Shown here in pieces: positions 23,239 to 25,671 of a DNA stretch of 25,671 nucleotides (position 1 is the first letter of the stretch; each line of letters opens with the position of its first letter). The notes below the pieces were generated by a model. The model was not told where the DNA came from, made no database searches, and saw only the letters and a list, made by a program, of their open reading frames with translations. The stretch comes from a virus (lineage: Duplodnaviria; Caudoviricetes): positions 1-25,671 of IMG/VR virus record IMGVR_UViG_3300037467_001294. The stretch is one strand, 5' to 3'. Made by a program: the position numbers and the translations under genes.

Positions 23239-24132
23239 ATGACAACCCACTCGCTGGACTCTGTCCTGGCGGACGTTGACGCGTCTGAACAGGAACTCGC
23301 TGACGAACTCCCGGTCGTTGAAACTGAACAGCCCTCGCAAGAGGATGGGCAGGAACAGACGCAAGAGAGCGACCAGGGGCATGATGATGCCCACGGCGCG
23401 CTTCATGCGGAACGCAACCGGGTAAAGCGGAAATACACTGAAACTGTTGCCGACTTCGAACGGCGTCTTACCGAGACGAACAGCGGCTTTGAGAAGAAGC
23501 TGACCGAAAGCCTCGCTGAGAATGACCGCAAGTGGGAGCAGCGCTTTAATCAGTTCGCGCAGCAAATCCAGCCACGTCAACCTGAGCCAAAAGCAGAGCC
23601 GGAAGAACGCCCGGACATTTTTGAGAACCCGGATGGGTTCGTTAGTCATGGCGTGAAAGCGGCAATCGATCCCGTCGAAAGCAAAGTCAGCAAGATCATC
23701 GAGACGTTCTCGATGCGCGATGCTGTCCGCGATCATGGGCGGGAAAAGGTTCAGGGGGCGTTTCAGGCACTTCATCAGGCGGCATTGTCTGGCGATCCTG
23801 AAGCGCGGGCGACAGTGGAGCGTGTCAAGCAGTCGATGGACCCGTTCGGGGACATCGTGAACTGGCACCAGAAAACATCGGTTCTCAGAGAGGTTGGCAG
23901 CGATCCGACCGCTTTCATCCAGAAAAAGCTGGATGAGGCGCTCAACGATCCAGCCTTCCTGCAAAAGGCGCTCGAAAAAGCGCAAGGCATCAAGACGCCT
24001 GCACCCAAGAGCGCGGCCACACCTGCACTTCCGTCTCTCAATCGCGTCACGGCTGCGGCCGACGAAAATGAGGACGAGGAGGACGCGGGGGAAGTCTTCA
24101 ACACTGCTTTGCGAAGCGGCGTAAGGCGCTGA
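23239..24132 (+). CDS. Capsid scaffolding protein (297 aa)
   Basis: Acidic N-terminus, ALHAER..., coiled coil, PDIFENPDGF, PSL near the C-terminus; between portal and capsid. Confidence 0.8.
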   Translation: MTTHSLDSVLADVDASEQELADELPVVETEQPSQEDGQEQTQESDQGHDDAHGALHAERNRVKRKYTETVADFERRLTETNSGFEKKLTESLAENDRKWEQRFNQFAQQIQPRQPEPKAEPEERPDIFENPDGFVSHGVKAAIDPVESKVSKIIETFSMRDAVRDHGREKVQGAFQALHQAALSGDPEARATVERVKQSMDPFGDIVNWHQKTSVLREVGSDPTAFIQKKLDEALNDPAFLQKALEKAQGIKTPAPKSAATPALPSLNRVTAAADENEDEEDAGEVFNTALRSGVRR

Positions 24133-24155
24133 CTTCGCGGAAAGGATGAGCGGCC

Positions 24156-25289
24156 ATGGCCGTCACCACGACTCAGACGAATAACCGGGGCATCAAGTTC
24201 CGCAACAAGCTGATTGTCGAATATGTGCGCGGGAATATGTTTTCGCCGTACATGAGCGACGACGGCATGAACGTGATCACCTCATTCCACGAGGAGGGCA
24301 AATACGGCGGCGATCAGATCAACGTTCCGATCATCACCGCCTTGCGTGGCTCGGGCAAGGGCTCCGGCACCTTGACGGGCAACGAGGAGGCCATCGGCAA
24401 CTACGGCTGGCGCATCTGGCTCGATTGGGCCCGTAACGCCGTGACCGCAACGAAGGCTGAAATCAAGAAAGCGTCGTTCGATCTATTCGGTCAGGCTGCG
24501 CCGCGTCTCAGCGAATGGGGCCGGACCAAACAGCGCGACGAGATGGTTCTGGCGTTCATGGCAATCCCGAGCCAGACCGAGCCCGCCGGGCTTGGTTCTG
24601 ACGACGGCCAGCGCGTGAACGGCATCATCTTCTCGGATGCAACTGCCTCTGACCGCAACGCATGGATGGTTGCGAACTCAGACCGTGTCCTGATGGGCAA
24701 AGCCCGTTCGAATCTCGGTTCGGTGTTCCTGACCTCCCTGCAGAACATCGATAACACGGATGACAAGGCTTCGGCTGCGATCCTCCGTCTTGCGCAGACG
24801 ATGGCGGAGAAGTCCGACCCGAAGATCACGCCGATCACGACCGACGACGGTTATGAGCGATATGTGTGGTTCGTCGGTTCGAACGCCTTCCGCGATCTGG
24901 AAGCCGATACGGCGATCCAGGCCGCGAACAAGGACGCCCGCCCGCGTGAGGGCACGTCCTACAAGAAGAACCCGATCTTCATGCCGGGCGATTTGCTCTA
25001 TCACGGCGTGATCATCCGCAAGGTGCCTGAAATCGACAAGTTGCTGACCTTCAGCAACGGTACGATCAACTGTGCGCCGTCGTTCTTCTGTGGCCGTAAC
25101 GCGCTGGGCCTTCTGTGGGGCCAGCTTCCTGAAGCCACCAAGCTCGATGACACCGACTACCAGTTCAAGAAGGGCGCCGGCGTCGAGATGGCCTATGGCA
25201 TGGGCAAGATCGTCTACAAGAACGCCGCCAATCAGCTCAAGGATTGGGGTTGCCTTACTGTTTGGACTGCATCTGTCGACGATGCCTAA
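24156..25289 (+). CDS. Major capsid protein (DUF4043/N4-gp56-like, 377 aa)
   Basis: GDQINVP....LRG.G.....LTGNEEA.......I..DWARNAV, NPIF..G...Y.GVII..VPEI, DYQF..G; AAGGA RBS; position after scaffold. Confidence 0.88.
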   Translation: MAVTTTQTNNRGIKFRNKLIVEYVRGNMFSPYMSDDGMNVITSFHEEGKYGGDQINVPIITALRGSGKGSGTLTGNEEAIGNYGWRIWLDWARNAVTATKAEIKKASFDLFGQAAPRLSEWGRTKQRDEMVLAFMAIPSQTEPAGLGSDDGQRVNGIIFSDATASDRNAWMVANSDRVLMGKARSNLGSVFLTSLQNIDNTDDKASAAILRLAQTMAEKSDPKITPITTDDGYERYVWFVGSNAFRDLEADTAIQAANKDARPREGTSYKKNPIFMPGDLLYHGVIIRKVPEIDKLLTFSNGTINCAPSFFCGRNALGLLWGQLPEATKLDDTDYQFKKGAGVEMAYGMGKIVYKNAANQLKDWGCLTVWTASVDDA

Positions 25290-25671
25290 GGCCTAACAAA
25301 ACCCGGAGAGCGGTGCTTCGTAATAGCTTCATTTCTGGCACTAATTGCTTCTGAAAAGGTGTGGTAGTCGCCTATAAATTCTCTCACTCCGTTGTGAGAG
25401 ATTTTAACGCGCCACTTTTTTGATGTTGCTCTTACAGTGTTCAGCCTGAAGATATTTGATGCGCCGCTCTCATTTGTTGAGCGAACCTTCGTATTCCATT
25501 GGTTCTGCGGTTGGCTTGCCTCTCTGAGATTTTGCCAAGCGTTGTTGTCACAGTTTCCGTCTTTGTGATCAATCTGCTCAGCCGGATCATTCCCTGTGAC
25601 AATCTTCCAGATGATCCTATGGGCCATCTGTAAGCGGCCATTAATTTTGATCTGTCGGTAGCCCCAAGACT
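25286..25671 (-). CDS. HNH homing endonuclease with an AP2-like C-terminus, 5' end beyond the window
   Basis: Frame is open to the window edge: SWGYRQIKINGRLQMAHRIIW...IDHKDGNCDNNAWQNLREA...KWRVKI; visibly AT-richer than the capsid gene. Confidence 0.88.
   Translation of the reverse strand, partial: SWGYRQIKINGRLQMAHRIIWKIVTGNDPAEQIDHKDGNCDNNAWQNLREASQPQNQWNTKVRSTNESGASNIFRLNTVRATSKKWRVKISHNGVREFIGDYHTFSEAISARNEAITKHRSPGFVRP

Larger units (their letters stand above)
1..25671. mobile_element. Temperate tailed phage genome segment (integration, early, immunity, replication, packaging and head modules), apparently in attP (unintegrated) configuration
   Basis: Integrase, cI/cro, primase-helicase, terS/terL, portal, scaffold and capsid in lambdoid/P22-like order. 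Phage-type genes continue on both sides of the att region and no intact host gene is seen. Confidence 0.95.

Overview
The whole window is one continuous piece of a GC-rich temperate tailed phage of an alphaproteobacterial host (inferred from the GAAC-N7-GAAC LexA box, GcrA-like genes and the TrmFO-like fragment). Left to right it contains: the end of a DUF4406-like gene and a terminator; a small minus-strand operon under a LexA (SOS) box (15-aa uORF, 47-aa peptide, SLOG/YspA-like protein); an apparently intact attP carrying a recoded replacement 5' end of the host trmFO (gid) gene; tyrosine integrase and excisionase; a long leftward early operon of coupled accessory genes (DUF550 pyrophosphohydrolase mosaic protein, atypical adenine MTase, 12-bp repeat protein); a cI/cro switch with 15-bp operators and a short repressor lacking a peptidase domain; CII-like, HNH, VRR-NUC, AAA_24, SSB-like, PD-(D/E)XK and primase-helicase genes followed by an iteron/palindrome origin; a putative late regulator and a GcrA-like gene; terS, terL, P22-like portal, scaffold (preceded by a triple covarying hairpin motif), major capsid, and a truncated antisense HNH gene. 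The strongest discoveries are (1) integration into trmFO with a phage-supplied N-terminus and (2) a LexA-controlled micro-operon missed by the ORF track, a candidate antirepressor module for the non-cleavable repressor. All family assignments come from motif recognition by eye; no database searches were run.
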